DNA of 64,000 nucleotides, from positions 80,606 to 144,605 of the forward strand of contig JAFMHB010000001.1 in NCBI GenBank assembly GCA_017854795.1. The letters are read 5' to 3'. The notes under the pieces are model-generated. The model did no database searches and was not told where the DNA came from. It was given only the letters and a program-made list of their open reading frames with translations. Positions 63,062-64,000 of this stretch are shown piece after piece; positions within the stretch are counted from its first letter, which is position 1; each line of letters begins with the position of its first letter. The DNA is from Candidatus Nanopelagicales bacterium. Its GTDB lineage: Bacteria > Actinomycetota > Actinomycetes > S36-B12. The position numbers and the translations under genes are program-made.

Positions 63062-63820
63062 ATGGACAATCTCCCGAGTCATGCAGTTAGCGGCTCTACC
63101 CCTGTCCATCATAGATTTTTCGACCGGATTCTTGACCCGATCTACCGTGATTGGTTCCGGACCCAAGTAATTGGCTCGGAGAATATCCCGGAGCAGGGGC
63201 CGGCCCTGATCGTTGGCAATCACGCGGGAGCATTCGCAATTGATGCACTGATGGTTGTTCATGCTCTCGAAAAGAACTCATCGCGAGAATTGCACCTTCT
63301 CGGGGCGGACTTTCTTTTCCAAGACCCAATGCGTGAACTAATGGCGCACCTCAACGTGCATCCGGCAACTTTTGAGAGTGCCAATGAACTGTTACAGGCC
63401 GGATATCTGGTTGGGGTTTGGCCCGAAGGGGTTAACGGGGTGGGAAAAACAATTGAGCATCGGTATCAATTGCAGGAGTTTGGAAGAGCGGGATTTGCCA
63501 GGCTCGCCGCCATCAACGGTGTCCCGATAATTCCAACAGCGGTTATTGGAGCCGAAGAGGCATATCCACTCATGGCAAGAGTCGAGGGAATACTCGATTG
63601 GGCTGGCTTTCCTTATTTGCCGGTAACACCAACATTTCCTGCTTTGGGGCCGTTGGGGCTGATTCCATTTCCGAGTAGATGGACTATTTCATTTGGACTT
63701 CCAATAGCTCCACCGAAATCAGATAACGCCCTTGATGCATTTGCGTGTTCGGATCAGGTTCGTAGTGAACTCACCCAAACAATCCGTGAACTACTCTCAC
63801 AACGATCAAGTATTTTTTGA
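63062..63820 (+). CDS. Lysophospholipid acyltransferase-family protein
   Basis: VGNHAG...D, WPEG, PIIP.AVIGAEE. Confidence 0.9.
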   Translation: MDNLPSHAVSGSTPVHHRFFDRILDPIYRDWFRTQVIGSENIPEQGPALIVGNHAGAFAIDALMVVHALEKNSSRELHLLGADFLFQDPMRELMAHLNVHPATFESANELLQAGYLVGVWPEGVNGVGKTIEHRYQLQEFGRAGFARLAAINGVPIIPTAVIGAEEAYPLMARVEGILDWAGFPYLPVTPTFPALGPLGLIPFPSRWTISFGLPIAPPKSDNALDAFACSDQVRSELTQTIRELLSQRSSIF

Positions 63821-64000
63821 ACCGCGCGCGACACGTCCTAGCGCGTAACCCGCTGTGAGCCCTGCTGCAATGCCGGCCGCGGTAACTGCAGCGGGAATGG
63901 CATTTGCCCGCAATTGAGCCCGTCTTCTGAAGTCGCTGACTTCCCAGTCCATTTTCTTGGCGTAGGCGCGTAGTTCGGGATCGGGGTTAATAGCTGTCGG
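63806..64000 (-). CDS. HAD-IB hydrolase, C-terminal part (runs off the window)
   Basis: Hand translation PTAINPDPELRAYAKKMDWEVSDFR...hydrophobic tail...stop at 63806. Confidence 0.75.
   Translation of the reverse strand, partial: PTAINPDPELRAYAKKMDWEVSDFRRRAQLRANAIPAAVTAAGIAAGLTAGYALGRVARGSKNT

Overview
Gene-dense actinobacterial (Actinomycetota-type) chromosome segment. Many genes have a TANNNT -10 box 5-7 nt before the start codon, which suggests leaderless transcripts. The left ~30 kb is an accessory redox/energy region. It holds a copper-related operon (RGPP-tailed membrane ORF, PCuAC, Tat-exported DyP peroxidase), divergent oxyR/katG and a near-complete Moco/MCD pathway (moaA/C/D/E, moaB/mog, moeA, mocA-like). 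It also holds a form I Mo-Cu CO dehydrogenase cluster (coxMSL with AYRCSFR, three XdhC-family genes, coxG, coxD, coxE) with nine unannotated small genes embedded, and an sqr-like/tusE/dsrE sulfur module. The right ~34 kb is the conserved actinobacterial core block: ppa-dacB-tilS-hpt-ftsH-folE/P/B/K, orphan nuoD plus methyltransferase, panC-nadB-nadC-coaX, lysS, clpC, mutY, radA, P-type ATPase, proC, acuC, bS22. Best candidate for an undescribed system: five tandem, apparently paralogous single-TM/helical small proteins directly after coxG, possibly a hetero-oligomeric membrane stalk or quinone conduit for CODH. Second best: a putative RGPP ribosome-arrest leader controlling the copper-chaperone/DyP operon. 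No rRNA, tRNA, CRISPR array or mobile element was recognised. All calls are from motif recognition by eye; no searches were run.
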